32,175 nt of DNA from an uncultured Candidatus Saccharibacteria bacterium (GCA_964409985.1 CAYPEZ010000006.1:1-32175); one strand, 5' to 3'; positions 1 to 9,079 are shown, counted from the first letter of the stretch. The notes: generated by a model from the sequence alone, not told the origin. Program-made: numbers and translations.

Positions 1-2361
1 ACACAAGGGTCTCCACTGAAAACATTTGCGAAAGTCTTTTCCCTTATGAAGGCTGGCGACGAACTCATCCTCCTTGATGGAACATACACAGGAGCAACGA
101 ATGGGTACATGAATTTCGATATGGCGTCGTACGGTGGATGTACGCCAAATTGTGCCCAGATTCCTTCAGGAACAGCGTCTGCACAAACCTACGTGCACGC
201 ACTGAATCCTGGAAAAGTAACCGTGATGGGTCGACTTTGGATAGGGCGGTCGTTCCGCAAAGATAGCTATATCAAAATTCAAGGTATCACCTTTGAGGGT
301 GGTGGGTCGCTCTACAATACGAGTTACGTCACCATCAAAGATGTTGGTTTTCACGGAGGACTTGATGTTGGGACGAATGACGGCAATTGGGGCAATACCT
401 ACAATCTCTTCGAAGACGTCTGGGTCTGGGCCACCGGTGCGCGGGGGATCGTCTTTAACTATCGCGCGCACAACAACGTCTGGCGGCGCGTGATTGTCCG
501 CGGTGATGGATGTGGAACGTCAGGATGTGCGGGAAGCGGCAACCCCAACATTGGGATTACCGTGTATGATTCACACGACGTTTCGCTCCAGAACGTCATG
601 GTTGTGGATCGCGTCCTCTCCCCCACCGATAGTCCGTACAGCGACTTTGCTTCGGCGCAGCATACTGCAGACCCGCAATACTATTATGGACGCAATGAGT
701 GGCTTGGCATTCTTTCCGTGAATGCGCCAGATACGTCGCTCTATTTCGAACCTGACCTTGGGCAGACAGTCGATCCGACCGTTAAAATCGTCGACGGCAT
801 TTTCTATGGGAGTACCGATGTGGGAATCAATCTTGCCAGAGCAGGAACTAACAACCTCATTGATAAGGTGACGGTAAAAGTATTTGGGTCTTCAGGACAA
901 GGGATCCGAGTTGCGCCAGAAATGACCACCGGAATTCTCCGAAATGCCATTGTCTTGGGTTCTGGAGTGTGGGGGATTAACTCATCATACAAACCAGAAA
1001 ACGTGACGGTGTTTTTCACAGGGACGCCATACAACCAAACAACCTGCTCTGTGGGGTGTAGCACTGCGGATCCAAACATGCGGTATATCGTCCAATCTCC
1101 CGATGCTACGAAGGGAGCAAATATGCTCTATCGCTACGGGGCTGAAGGAACTCGCTATGGCGACGCGGGGTATAACACACTGACAAGCAACACCTTGTGG
1201 CCGTGGCCAAACGAAGATCGCATCAAGCAAGAAATGTGTGCAAACACCACACGAGGATTTTGTTCAACAGGAAGGCAGCTCAATGGGACGAGTCCGGTCA
1301 CACTCACGTCATATATATGGGAACTCCTCGGATATACGATGCCCACGAACCTCTATGCAGGAATTGTCCCTCCACCAGCACCAACTCCGTCACCAACCCC
1401 CACCCCAACACCGACACTGTTTACGTTCAATGTGACAAAAGTCGGGAGTGGAACAATTTCTTCTAGCAACAGCTCTATCGCCTGCGGAACAACTTGTACC
1501 ACAACAGGAGTCAGTGGCACTGTTGTGACGCTCTCTGCTACGCCAAATACAGGATATGTCTTCTCTGGGTGGAGTGGAGCATGCACTGGAACTGGATCAT
1601 GCACGGTCACTTTGAACGGAAACATGAGTGTTACGGGAACCTTTAGCACAGCTCCTGTCACACCCCCTCCTCCACCGGCCCCGACGCCCAATCCAACACC
1701 AACTCCGACACCTTCTCCAACTCCCACACCAGTACCACCACCCGCACCTGCATCAGGGGGTGGTGGAGGAGGGGGAGGAACAACTACAGTGAGCCCTCTT
1801 CTACTCTCAACCCTAGAACCCATTCTGCGTATCAATACGTTCACTAAAGTCACCGCATCTGGAGGAGTCCCCCCTTACACATGGAGTGCTCCTACCGGAG
1901 AGATCACACATGTTCCATCTGATTCTTACTCCATTCTATACAGAGCACCGGACACAGAAGGCAAAGCAGTGGTCACTGCCACGGATGCTGTTGGAACTCG
2001 TAAGATTCTCGTCCTCACTATCGTAAACAACAGCACTCCCCTTCCATCACCAGTTCCTCCTACAAACACCGCATCGTCATCAGCGACAACCACAGAAAAG
2101 CTTGTACTCACAAAAAGTCTCTGGAGAGGAATGATCCACCCTCAGGTGAAAATTCTTCAAAAGATTCTGTCCCAAAAGGGATATCCTGTTGCGCAGACAG
2201 GACCCGGATCAAAGGGGCAAGAAACAACCTATTTCGGACAAGCAACCGAGAGTGCGGTCAAACGCTTTCAGTGTGCAGCCATGCGCATCTGTAGTGGATC
2301 ACCAAGCACAACGGGATATGGATTTGTTGGATCTCGAACTCGAATAGAATTGAATAAATAA
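1..2361 (+). CDS. Secreted right-handed beta-helix (pectate-lyase-fold-like) protein with Pro/Thr linkers, an InlB-B-repeat-like module and a C-terminal peptidoglycan-binding (PG_binding_1-like) domain. The 5' end is probably outside the window.
   Basis: Frame 1 is open from nt 1 (TQGSPLKTFAKVFSL precedes the first Met at 46), so the gene is likely 5'-truncated. KAGDELILLDGTY is followed by about 350 aa of short G/N/V/I-rich turns typical of parallel beta-helix repeats. PT linkers lie at about 1366-1420 and 1660-1750, and there is a Gly8 run. FNVTKVGSGTISS...GYVFSGWSGAC..GSCTVTLNGNMSVTGTF resembles the Listeria/Bacteroides repeat. The C-terminal LWRGMIHPQVKILQKILSQKGY...TTYFGQATESAVKRFQ fits the PG_binding_1 pattern. 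The stop is followed by a hairpin terminator. Confidence 0.85.
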   Translation, partial: TQGSPLKTFAKVFSLMKAGDELILLDGTYTGATNGYMNFDMASYGGCTPNCAQIPSGTASAQTYVHALNPGKVTVMGRLWIGRSFRKDSYIKIQGITFEGGGSLYNTSYVTIKDVGFHGGLDVGTNDGNWGNTYNLFEDVWVWATGARGIVFNYRAHNNVWRRVIVRGDGCGTSGCAGSGNPNIGITVYDSHDVSLQNVMVVDRVLSPTDSPYSDFASAQHTADPQYYYGRNEWLGILSVNAPDTSLYFEPDLGQTVDPTVKIVDGIFYGSTDVGINLARAGTNNLIDKVTVKVFGSSGQGIRVAPEMTTGILRNAIVLGSGVWGINSSYKPENVTVFFTGTPYNQTTCSVGCSTADPNMRYIVQSPDATKGANMLYRYGAEGTRYGDAGYNTLTSNTLWPWPNEDRIKQEMCANTTRGFCSTGRQLNGTSPVTLTSYIWELLGYTMPTNLYAGIVPPPAPTPSPTPTPTPTLFTFNVTKVGSGTISSSNSSIACGTTCTTTGVSGTVVTLSATPNTGYVFSGWSGACTGTGSCTVTLNGNMSVTGTFSTAPVTPPPPPAPTPNPTPTPTPSPTPTPVPPPAPASGGGGGGGGTTTVSPLLLSTLEPILRINTFTKVTASGGVPPYTWSAPTGEITHVPSDSYSILYRAPDTEGKAVVTATDAVGTRKILVLTIVNNSTPLPSPVPPTNTASSSATTTEKLVLTKSLWRGMIHPQVKILQKILSQKGYPVAQTGPGSKGQETTYFGQATESAVKRFQCAAMRICSGSPSTTGYGFVGSRTRIELNK

Positions 2362-2370
2362 TCATAAAAT

Positions 2371-2399
2371 ACCCCCGATCACTCGGGGGTATTTTATTT
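2371..2399. terminator. Bidirectional intrinsic terminator between convergent genes
   Basis: acccccga-tcac-tcgggggt forms a perfect 8-bp GC-rich stem (2371-2390). It is flanked by an A-rich run upstream and attttattt downstream, so it reads as hairpin plus U-tract on both strands. Confidence 0.75.
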
Positions 2400-2821
2400 C
2401 ATTTCACTGTCGTCGTGCCCATCATGGGAGTGCCTGTGCCCATCATCGGCATCATGCGCCCCCCTCCCGGAAATTGCCCGTATATGCCCCCGGGGCTCCG
2501 ATCATCCCAGCGCTCACCGCGAATCTTGTGATCGAAGTCACCCCGATAGCCACGATGACCACCGACCTGTGTCCCAAGACAAAATGCCCCAAGAAGAAGG
2601 AGTAGTGCCACTGCGATTCGGAGCCAAGAGGCTCTTCCGTGCCAGCAGTGACCATGGCACCCTCCCCCGCACCCACCGCCCCCGTGCCCGCACGCACAAG
2701 TGTGTGACGGCTGTCCTGTGCTCGCACTCCCCACTGTCTTTGAGTCCTTTGTGTCGCCCTGTTCCATATAGCTCTGTGATTGAGATTGTAATGGGCCCCC
2801 TCGCATGGCGAGTACTGCCAC
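2399..2821 (-). CDS. Hypothetical single-pass membrane protein with a Cys/His/Gly-rich N-terminal segment and a Gly/Met-rich C-terminal tail (possible metal-binding protein)
   Basis: This is the longest ORF in a locally very GC-rich stretch, where several frames are open. It contains HTCACGHGGGGCGGGCHGHCWHG, then a TM-like segment WLRIAVALLLLLGAFCLGTQV, then GGGRMMPMMGTGTPMMG. The start is uncertain: GTG at 2821, ATG at 2806 or ATG at 2767, none with a clear SD. No family was recognised. Confidence 0.5.
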   Translation of the reverse strand: MAVLAMRGGPLQSQSQSYMEQGDTKDSKTVGSASTGQPSHTCACGHGGGGCGGGCHGHCWHGRASWLRIAVALLLLLGAFCLGTQVGGHRGYRGDFDHKIRGERWDDRSPGGIYGQFPGGGRMMPMMGTGTPMMGTTTVK

Positions 2822-2886
2822 TTATATAGTACACCCCTCCCTCACTTTTCTTTCAACATCTTTATTGCGCTACACATACACAATAC

Positions 2887-2915
2887 TTGACACAAGTGTA
2901 ATTAATTATTATTGT
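2887..2915 (+). promoter_or_regulatory. Sigma70-like promoter for the ClpP-family gene
   Basis: TTGACA (2887-2892), a 17-nt spacer, then TATTGT (2910-2915). It lies about 50 nt upstream of the GTG start at 2966, which is preceded by AAAGGAG (2952-2958). Confidence 0.5.
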
Positions 2916-2965
2916 ACGAAAAGACCTGTACTCACCTCTTCAGTCATCCATAAAGGAGTCAGCCA

Positions 2966-3607
2966 GTGAAAGATGAAAAATCGAATGCTCCGATAGATCC
3001 AATCGTCGAAGGACTCATTGATCGTCGGACTGTCGTTATGAGTGGAGAAATGACAGACGAAAGCACCAGTCGCCTGGGGCAACGTCTTCTCTCTCTGCAA
3101 ATGAAGTCATCCGATCCCATCAACCTCATCATCGACAGTGGAGGTGGGTCAACGTTTGCGGCATTGCAACTGTGTGACCTTATCACCACCATGATGACCG
3201 CTCCAGTGCGAGGAATTGCTCTCGGTTCCTGCGGTTCCGCTGCGACGTTCATCATGCTCCATTGCCATGAGCGCATCAGTACACCGTATTCTCGGTTCTT
3301 GGTTCATTCAGGAACAAAGAGTAGGATTTCTATTCCGGTTAATCAAACTAGTTCCGAGCATCTCGAGCAGCTGCTCAAGGATGTACGAACGACGGAGGAG
3401 ACTGTCCTTCAGCTGTATGTCAAACGGCTGACTCCTCGGGAGTGGAAAGAAAAAAATCATAGCAACGAGGAACGGCGTGCATACGTTCGTAAACTCATTG
3501 CCAGAGGTGACCAGAACTTCAATGCCTGGATCACAGCCGAAGAAGCAGTGGAAGTTGGACTCATCCAATCCATTGTGACGGAAAAGCTGGATATCTTTTC
3601 CAAGTAA
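2966..3607 (+). CDS. ClpP / S14-family serine protease-like protein
   Basis: GTG start with SD AAAGGAG 7-8 nt upstream. LIIDSGGGSTFAALQLCDLI aligns to the ClpP INSPGGsvtAglaIyDtm block. GSCGSAATFIM aligns to GqAASMGafLL with the catalytic Ser retained. FLVHSG aligns to imiHQP with the His retained. GDQNFNAWITAEEAVEVGLIQSI aligns to DRDfwmsAeEAleyGLiD with the Asp retained. The protein is divergent from canonical ClpP, and no clpX or clpA is in the window. Confidence 0.75.
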   Translation: MKDEKSNAPIDPIVEGLIDRRTVVMSGEMTDESTSRLGQRLLSLQMKSSDPINLIIDSGGGSTFAALQLCDLITTMMTAPVRGIALGSCGSAATFIMLHCHERISTPYSRFLVHSGTKSRISIPVNQTSSEHLEQLLKDVRTTEETVLQLYVKRLTPREWKEKNHSNEERRAYVRKLIARGDQNFNAWITAEEAVEVGLIQSIVTEKLDIFSK

Positions 3608-3618
3608 AGAAGCACCTC

Positions 3619-3652
3619 AAGCCCCGCATCTCATGCGGGGCTTTTCTTTTTT
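3619..3652 (+). terminator. Intrinsic terminator after the ClpP-family gene
   Basis: aagccccgcat-ctc-atgcggggctt is a perfect 11-bp stem followed by ttctttttt. Confidence 0.8.
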
Positions 3653-3667
3653 ATATGCACATGACTC

Positions 3668-4801
3668 TTACGTATCTTTCAAATACTCCTTCCCTTTGAG
3701 TTTCTCCGGCAAATAGCTCTCAGCGTCATATTTCTCATACCCCTTCCCGTAGCTAAGCTCTTTCATGAGTGTTGTCGGAGCGTTCCGTATATGAAGCGGG
3801 ATCGGAAGATTCCCATGTTGCTTCACATCCAAGAGCGCTGCCCCTATCGCATCATATGCACGGCGATCCTTCTTGCACTCTGAGAGATACGCCACGCCAT
3901 GCGCAAGATTGATGTGGCATTCTGGGTATCCGATATTTCTACATGCTTCAAAGACGGCATTCGCAACAACGAGTGCGGTGGGCTGTGCGAGGCCGATATC
4001 TTCACTTGCGAAGATCACCATCCGGCGGGCAATGAAGAGTGGGTCCTCCCCTGCATCAATCATGCGTGCAAGGTAATACAGTGCCGCATCAGATTGCCCC
4101 GCACGCATCGACTTAATGAATGCGCTAATGGTGTTGTAGTGTTCCTCGCCTTTTTTGTCATAGCGAAGATGTTTTGACTGCACGGCATCCTTGAGATGCT
4201 CAAGAGTAATATCTCCATAGAGTTTATGGGCAGCATCAAGCACCGTCAGCGCTTGGCGGGCATCTCCATCAGCGATGGCGATGAGCCACTCACGAGCATC
4301 CTCGGGAATATCTATCCCCGCGCGAGAGAGAATCTCCCCCATATCACGCTCTGATAAACTCTCAAGGACAAATACTCTCGCACGAGAGAGGAGTGCCGGA
4401 ATCACCTCAAAACTCGGATTCTCCGTCGTCGCACCAATGAGCGTGAGTTTCCCAGACTCGACAAACGGGAGGAGAAAATCTTGCTGGGCTTTGTTGAAGC
4501 GGTGAATTTCGTCGAGAAATAATATCGTCGGACGTACTTGTGTCACTTGATTTACCACTTCACGGATATCATCTTTCCCAGCAGAGACCGCAGAGAGCTC
4601 GTGGAAGTCTGCATCCAGTGCGGAAGCATAGATACGTGCGAGCGTTGTCTTCCCCACTCCGGGCGGACCCCAGAGAATAAAGGAGAAGAGATGTTTCCCT
4701 TCTATCGCCATTCGAAGCGGCTTACCAGGACCCACAAGATGGTGCTGGCCAATAAAATCATTTAATGTTCTTGGTCGTAGTTTTGCAGGAAGAGGCTCCA
4801 T
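3668..4801 (-). CDS. rarA: Replication-associated recombination protein A (MgsA/RarA AAA+ ATPase)
   Basis: N-terminus [23 protein letters not shown]. Walker [12 protein letters not shown] and Walker [29 protein letters not shown]. The C-terminal MgsA block is [34 protein letters not shown]. Confidence 0.92.
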   Translation of the reverse strand: MEPLPAKLRPRTLNDFIGQHHLVGPGKPLRMAIEGKHLFSFILWGPPGVGKTTLARIYASALDADFHELSAVSAGKDDIREVVNQVTQVRPTILFLDEIHRFNKAQQDFLLPFVESGKLTLIGATTENPSFEVIPALLSRARVFVLESLSERDMGEILSRAGIDIPEDAREWLIAIADGDARQALTVLDAAHKLYGDITLEHLKDAVQSKHLRYDKKGEEHYNTISAFIKSMRAGQSDAALYYLARMIDAGEDPLFIARRMVIFASEDIGLAQPTALVVANAVFEACRNIGYPECHINLAHGVAYLSECKKDRRAYDAIGAALLDVKQHGNLPIPLHIRNAPTTLMKELSYGKGYEKYDAESYLPEKLKGKEYLKDT

Positions 4802-4850
4802 AGACTAATGGTACTCCGAACAAGCCATATCGTCACAGTCGATAGAGGGA

Positions 4851-5567
4851 TCAAGATTTCGCCTGCTTAAGAAGAGGAAGGAGCACGGGGAGAATATTCT
4901 TCTCAGCAACAATGCGTGCACCAGCGGCATTTGGATGAATGCCGTCTGACTGATTGAGGGTTGGATCTAGAGCAACTCCATCAAGAAGGAACGGAACAAG
5001 AGGGACGTCGAATGTTTTTGCAAGATTGGGGTAGATTGCATTAAAGGTGTTCACATACTTAAATCCCAAGTTGAGTGGAGCTTTCATCCCCACGAGGACA
5101 ACACTGATCCCTGCGTTTTGAAAGGCTTTCAGCATCCCCTCAAGGCTCGATTGAGACGTCTCAGGATCAATTCCCCGAAGCACATCATTTCCCCCAAGGG
5201 CAAGGATAATGATGTCTGGCTTCTGCGAAATGGCAAAATCAACTCGCCGAAGACCACCTGAAGTTGTCTCTCCAGAGACCCCTGCATTAATGACACGAAC
5301 GGCATACCCCTTGTCTTTGAGTATCTGCTCAAGTTGCGCTGGATACGACTCAGAAAGCGCTAACCCATAGCCAGCCGTCACACTGTCACCAAAGGCCATC
5401 ACCGTGAGTTTCGGTGAATCCGGCTCTAGTGTCACAGGAGATTCGGATTGTGCTTGGAGCTCAGCACTCTCACGTGGAATGAGTACGTATACCCCCACAC
5501 ACACAAGAACAATAGTGAGGCCTCCAATGATGAGCCATGTAGAGATGCGAGATGTTGGTCCATTCAT
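4851..5567 (-). CDS. SGNH/GDSL-family lipase/esterase (TesA-like arylesterase) with an N-terminal signal anchor
   Basis: The four SGNH blocks are present: FGDSVTAGYG (Ser), GVSGETTSGG (Gly), LGGNDVLRG (Asn) and DGIHPNAAG (Asp-x-x-His). The N-terminal hydrophobic segment is WLIIGGLTIVLVCVGVYVLI. Confidence 0.9.
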   Translation of the reverse strand: MNGPTSRISTWLIIGGLTIVLVCVGVYVLIPRESAELQAQSESPVTLEPDSPKLTVMAFGDSVTAGYGLALSESYPAQLEQILKDKGYAVRVINAGVSGETTSGGLRRVDFAISQKPDIIILALGGNDVLRGIDPETSQSSLEGMLKAFQNAGISVVLVGMKAPLNLGFKYVNTFNAIYPNLAKTFDVPLVPFLLDGVALDPTLNQSDGIHPNAAGARIVAEKNILPVLLPLLKQAKS

Positions 5568-5581
5568 GGTGGGATGATACC

Positions 5582-6256
5582 ATGGGGGCCATGATTGAAC
5601 TCACACATGTATCAAAAACATACCACCAAGGAGATTCTGTTATCTCTGTCCTCAAAGACGTGACGCTTTCCATTAAAGAAGGTGAACGTGTTGCGATTGT
5701 CGGTGCATCCGGATCTGGAAAATCAACACTGTTATCACTCATGAGTGGGATGGATACTCCTGACAGCGGATCAATAAAAATTGACGGGCAAGAGCTGGGA
5801 TCGCTTTCGGAGGCAGACCTCTCACATCTTCGAAACAAGACCATCGCCATTATCTTTCAATCATTCGAGCTTGTTCCATCTTTTTCTGCGCTTGAGAATG
5901 TCATGCTCCCTATCGATATTCGTCGTGAGAATGGGAGAACAAAGGCAGAACAAGCGCTCGCCGATGTGGGCCTAGAACACAGAATGGAACATCTTCCCTC
6001 AATGCTATCCGGAGGCGAAGAACAACGTGTTGCCATCGCACGCGCTCTCGTTGGTGATCCAAAAATCATCTTCGCAGATGAGCCTACGGGCAACCTCGAC
6101 CGCACGACAGGAGAACAGGTGCTGTCCCTCATCACTCGTGCGGCCAACAACAGCACTAAAACCCTCGTGATGATCACGCACGATCGAGAAATCGCAAAAC
6201 GTATGGATCGTGTATTGGAGATCCGTGACGGACAAGTCCATAGCCTGTCTCTATGA
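5582..6256 (+). CDS. ABC transporter ATP-binding protein (MacB/LolD/YbbA type)
   Basis: Walker A GASGSGKST, Q-loop, signature LSGGEEQRVAIARAL, Walker B IIFADEPTGNLD and H-loop ITHD. The ORF opens at 5552 but would then overlap the divergent lipase start. I prefer ATG 5582 (GGTGGGA about 8 nt upstream) or ATG 5591 (MIELTHVSKTY is a typical N-terminus). The 3' end overlaps the permease start in ATGA. Confidence 0.9.
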   Translation: MGAMIELTHVSKTYHQGDSVISVLKDVTLSIKEGERVAIVGASGSGKSTLLSLMSGMDTPDSGSIKIDGQELGSLSEADLSHLRNKTIAIIFQSFELVPSFSALENVMLPIDIRRENGRTKAEQALADVGLEHRMEHLPSMLSGGEEQRVAIARALVGDPKIIFADEPTGNLDRTTGEQVLSLITRAANNSTKTLVMITHDREIAKRMDRVLEIRDGQVHSLSL

Positions 6257-8751
6257 GCACATTCACTCTCCTTCTGCGTCTCCTCCGTCGGAACCCCGGG
6301 CGATTCTTGCTCACATTTGGCAGTCTCGTTGTGGGAGCGATGACTCTGGCAACGGTGCTTGCGCTCATCGGAAGCGTGCAGCGTTTCTTCGACCAAGAAT
6401 CACGCTCGCTTCTTGGAGGAGATATCACTATCGAACATGATGGACCTATCGACCGCACGGCACCTCTTTTTCAAGACCTCGAGAAGATAGGAGTGGGTCT
6501 TTCCACTCGAATCGACACACTGATTGTTGTTCAAAACGATGCGCCCTCAGACAAGAGTGCGCTTGAAAGTCTGTTGGTCTCACTCAAAGTTGTCGACCAC
6601 ATGTACCCGCTCTACGGAACACTCGAGAGCAGCGTCGGGACACGCACACCGACTGCCGAAGAAGTTTTTGTCGCTCCCGATGTCTTATCGCGCATGGGAG
6701 TTTCCGTTGGCGACTCGCTCACAATCGGAAACACGCGCCTACGCATTGCAGCGACCATCGCGCGTGAGCCAGACAATATTGGGGGAGGATTCCGTCTTGG
6801 ACCACTTGTCGTGATCTCGTCTGACGCATGGAAAAAGATTGGGATCGATGGAAAGCAAAGTCGCATGGACTACACCGTCTCGGTGAGGTATCCAGAGACA
6901 ATGAACGCAGAGCGTAGAGGCACATACACAGCGATGATGAGAGATGCGTATCCGCGACCTGCATACCGAGTCTCTGTAGCAGAAGATGGCCCTGGGTCAC
7001 TCGTGCGCATCCTCGATGCAGCAGAACGGTTCTTCTTTACAACGATTGTCCTTGCTTTGTTCCTGGTCATCGTGAACATTAGACTCAACCTTGTCTATGT
7101 TCTGACATCTTTCCAAACAACTATCGCAATCATGCGGTCGCTTGGTATGCGACGTTCCCAGTTGTTTGTCCTCTTCCTTTCTCTTCTTCTCGCAATCGCC
7201 ACAGTCGCTGGTGCTATCGGAGGAATATTGGGAAATATTCTTGCAGAGCTCGGTCGTCCACTCATTGAAGGATACGTGAATGCGTCACTTCCAGCCGTTC
7301 CTCTCTTTGGAGGACTGTGGGTGGTCACACTTTTTACAGGCATGTTGTGTATTTTTGCCGCAACAGGATTTATTGCACGCGTGCTCTCGATCGAGCCAAA
7401 GATGCTTCTCCTTGGATATGGGACAGAACATGGTCGGCTCACGCAAGTCCTCAAAGAATTGCCAACGCTTGTGCTGACTCTTCTTGGACTTTATGGTGGC
7501 GTGTACTATTTGACCGAGAGAGCACTCGTAGCACTTTATGCAGTAGCAAGTATCGCAGGCATTTTTACTCTCCTGTTTTTCTTTGCACGTACCGGGATTG
7601 CGCTCGGGTATCGATCCCGTTTTTCTCTCCCATTTGCCCTCCGCAGTATTATGAACTTTCTCAAGCATCAAGGTCTCGTAGGGACTACCGCAATCGCCTC
7701 CCTCACTATTGCCCTTGCAAGCATCTTCTCCATCGCCCTCATTGAGCGCAATGTTCTCGGTAACTTGAGCGCAGAATTCAAGGCTGATGCTCCAAATCTC
7801 TATCTCATCGACATCCAAGAAGACCAACTCGAAGGCGTACGATCGATCATGGGGCCCACATGGAAGGAATTCTCAGTCATACGTGCTCGCTTCATCGAGC
7901 GTGACGGGTATGACATACAAGGGAATCTTGCTACAGAAGATCCAGAACTTCGTCGTGAGTTCAACATCACTTCTGGAACAGAGCTCATCGAAGGAGAGCG
8001 TGTGATCGACGGAACATGGCATGGGACAGACGGGACACAGGAGGTCTCTGTAGAGAAGGATTTCGCAGAACGAGCAAAGCTCCGGCTCGGTTCTTCTGTG
8101 CGATTCTTTGCCCAAGGAACCACCCTCGAAGCACGTGTGACATCCATTCGTGAGGTCACAACAACAAACGGTCTTCCTTTTTTCTTTCTCGTTTTTAGTC
8201 CTGATGTTCTTGAAGGGCTCCCCCGCTCAAGCTTTGGATACGCATATATTGAAGACGAGAGAATCCCTGCACTTCAGAATGAGCTTGCTCGGACGTATCC
8301 AAACATCTCTTCGGTTCCTACAACACAAATTATCGAGACGATCGGGCGCGCAGTTGGAGCTCTCTCCGGTGCTGTTGTTGCAACAACCATTCCTGCACTG
8401 ATGCTTGGATTCTTGCTCATTATTGCCATGCTTGCCATCTCTGTGCGAGAACGAGGAAATGACATGCGTGTATTCACTGCGTTTGGAGCACAAACTCCTC
8501 TTCTCTTCTCGATGTTTGTTCTCGAGTCTGTCATGGTTGTAGTGCTTTCGGGCATCTTCGCCGGGATCATCGCACACACGAGCGCATATCTCCTTGGGCT
8601 TTATCTCTTTGACTTTACGAGATTCTACTTCTCTCTGACGACCCTAGTGATCTTCGTGACGATCCTTACAATCACCATCGTGTTCGCATATCTCTTTGCG
8701 CGAAGATTTGTCAGACTCTCACCAATGGATCTTCTAAGAGAAAGACGCTAG
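6253..8751 (+). CDS. FtsX-family ABC transporter permease, double-module YbbP-like (832 aa)
   Basis: An N-terminal TM is followed by a large extracytoplasmic domain and a 3-4 TM bundle. This arrangement then repeats, giving about 10 TM segments in total. It is translationally coupled (ATGA) to the ATPase gene. Size and architecture match YbbP-type permeases. Confidence 0.88.
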   Translation: MSTFTLLLRLLRRNPGRFLLTFGSLVVGAMTLATVLALIGSVQRFFDQESRSLLGGDITIEHDGPIDRTAPLFQDLEKIGVGLSTRIDTLIVVQNDAPSDKSALESLLVSLKVVDHMYPLYGTLESSVGTRTPTAEEVFVAPDVLSRMGVSVGDSLTIGNTRLRIAATIAREPDNIGGGFRLGPLVVISSDAWKKIGIDGKQSRMDYTVSVRYPETMNAERRGTYTAMMRDAYPRPAYRVSVAEDGPGSLVRILDAAERFFFTTIVLALFLVIVNIRLNLVYVLTSFQTTIAIMRSLGMRRSQLFVLFLSLLLAIATVAGAIGGILGNILAELGRPLIEGYVNASLPAVPLFGGLWVVTLFTGMLCIFAATGFIARVLSIEPKMLLLGYGTEHGRLTQVLKELPTLVLTLLGLYGGVYYLTERALVALYAVASIAGIFTLLFFFARTGIALGYRSRFSLPFALRSIMNFLKHQGLVGTTAIASLTIALASIFSIALIERNVLGNLSAEFKADAPNLYLIDIQEDQLEGVRSIMGPTWKEFSVIRARFIERDGYDIQGNLATEDPELRREFNITSGTELIEGERVIDGTWHGTDGTQEVSVEKDFAERAKLRLGSSVRFFAQGTTLEARVTSIREVTTTNGLPFFFLVFSPDVLEGLPRSSFGYAYIEDERIPALQNELARTYPNISSVPTTQIIETIGRAVGALSGAVVATTIPALMLGFLLIIAMLAISVRERGNDMRVFTAFGAQTPLLFSMFVLESVMVVVLSGIFAGIIAHTSAYLLGLYLFDFTRFYFSLTTLVIFVTILTITIVFAYLFARRFVRLSPMDLLRERR

Positions 8752-8804
8752 GGCAAAAAGAGGTATACTTATCGCATTAACCAGGCAATCAACATCCAAA
8801 CGTT

Positions 8805-9023
8805 ATGATCAAAAAGAATGTGGGCGGGATCGACCGTGTGCTCCGTGCAGTGATCGGCATAGCGATCATTGCTGCAGGCGTGTACTACTCTTCGTGGTGG
8901 GGTCTCCTCGGTGTAGCACTCCTTGGGACCGCAGTCTTCAAGACCTGCTTCCTCTACAATATCATCGGCGTCTCGACATGCCCGGTAGATGAGTCAAAAA
9001 ATCCTCCCACCCCAACACCTTAG
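8805..9023 (+). CDS. Small inner-membrane protein, DUF2892 (YgaP-like) family
   Basis: KKNVGGIDRVLRAVIGIAIIAAG...LLGVALLGTAVFKTCFLYNIIGVSTC matches the DUF2892 pattern: N-x-G-x-x-D-R, two TM helices and C-P/F-x-Y-x-x-x-G. Confidence 0.85.
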   Translation: MIKKNVGGIDRVLRAVIGIAIIAAGVYYSSWWGLLGVALLGTAVFKTCFLYNIIGVSTCPVDESKNPPTPTP

Positions 9024-9041
9024 CTAACATTTCTCGTGTGT

Positions 9042-9079
9042 ATCAAAAAAGTGGGACGTATACGTCCCACTTTTGTATT
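9042..9079. terminator. Bidirectional intrinsic terminator between convergent genes
   Basis: gtgggacgta/tacgtcccac is a perfect palindromic stem (9051-9070), flanked by atcaaaaaa and ttttgtatt. Confidence 0.8.

Noticed and set aside
1353-1853. Long antisense ORFs rich in GVGVGV/GGGG opposite the Pro/Thr linkers. The same pattern occurs at 12981-13478 and 14604-14801.
   Set aside because: These are mirror images of (ACN CCN)n linker coding. They have no start context or domain content, and the sense-strand genes carry recognisable domains.
5552-5581. Longest-ORF start of the ABC ATPase (MLVHSWWDDT...) overlapping the divergent esterase start
   Set aside because: The extension adds a non-conserved peptide and creates a 16-nt head-to-head overlap. 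Internal ATGs give the canonical MIELTHVSKTY N-terminus.
5470-8579. Numerous 60-180-aa ORFs on the opposite strand or in alternative frames within the ABC ATPase and permease genes
   Set aside because: They are nested in genes with clear Walker/signature motifs or FtsX architecture. They have no independent start signals or motifs.
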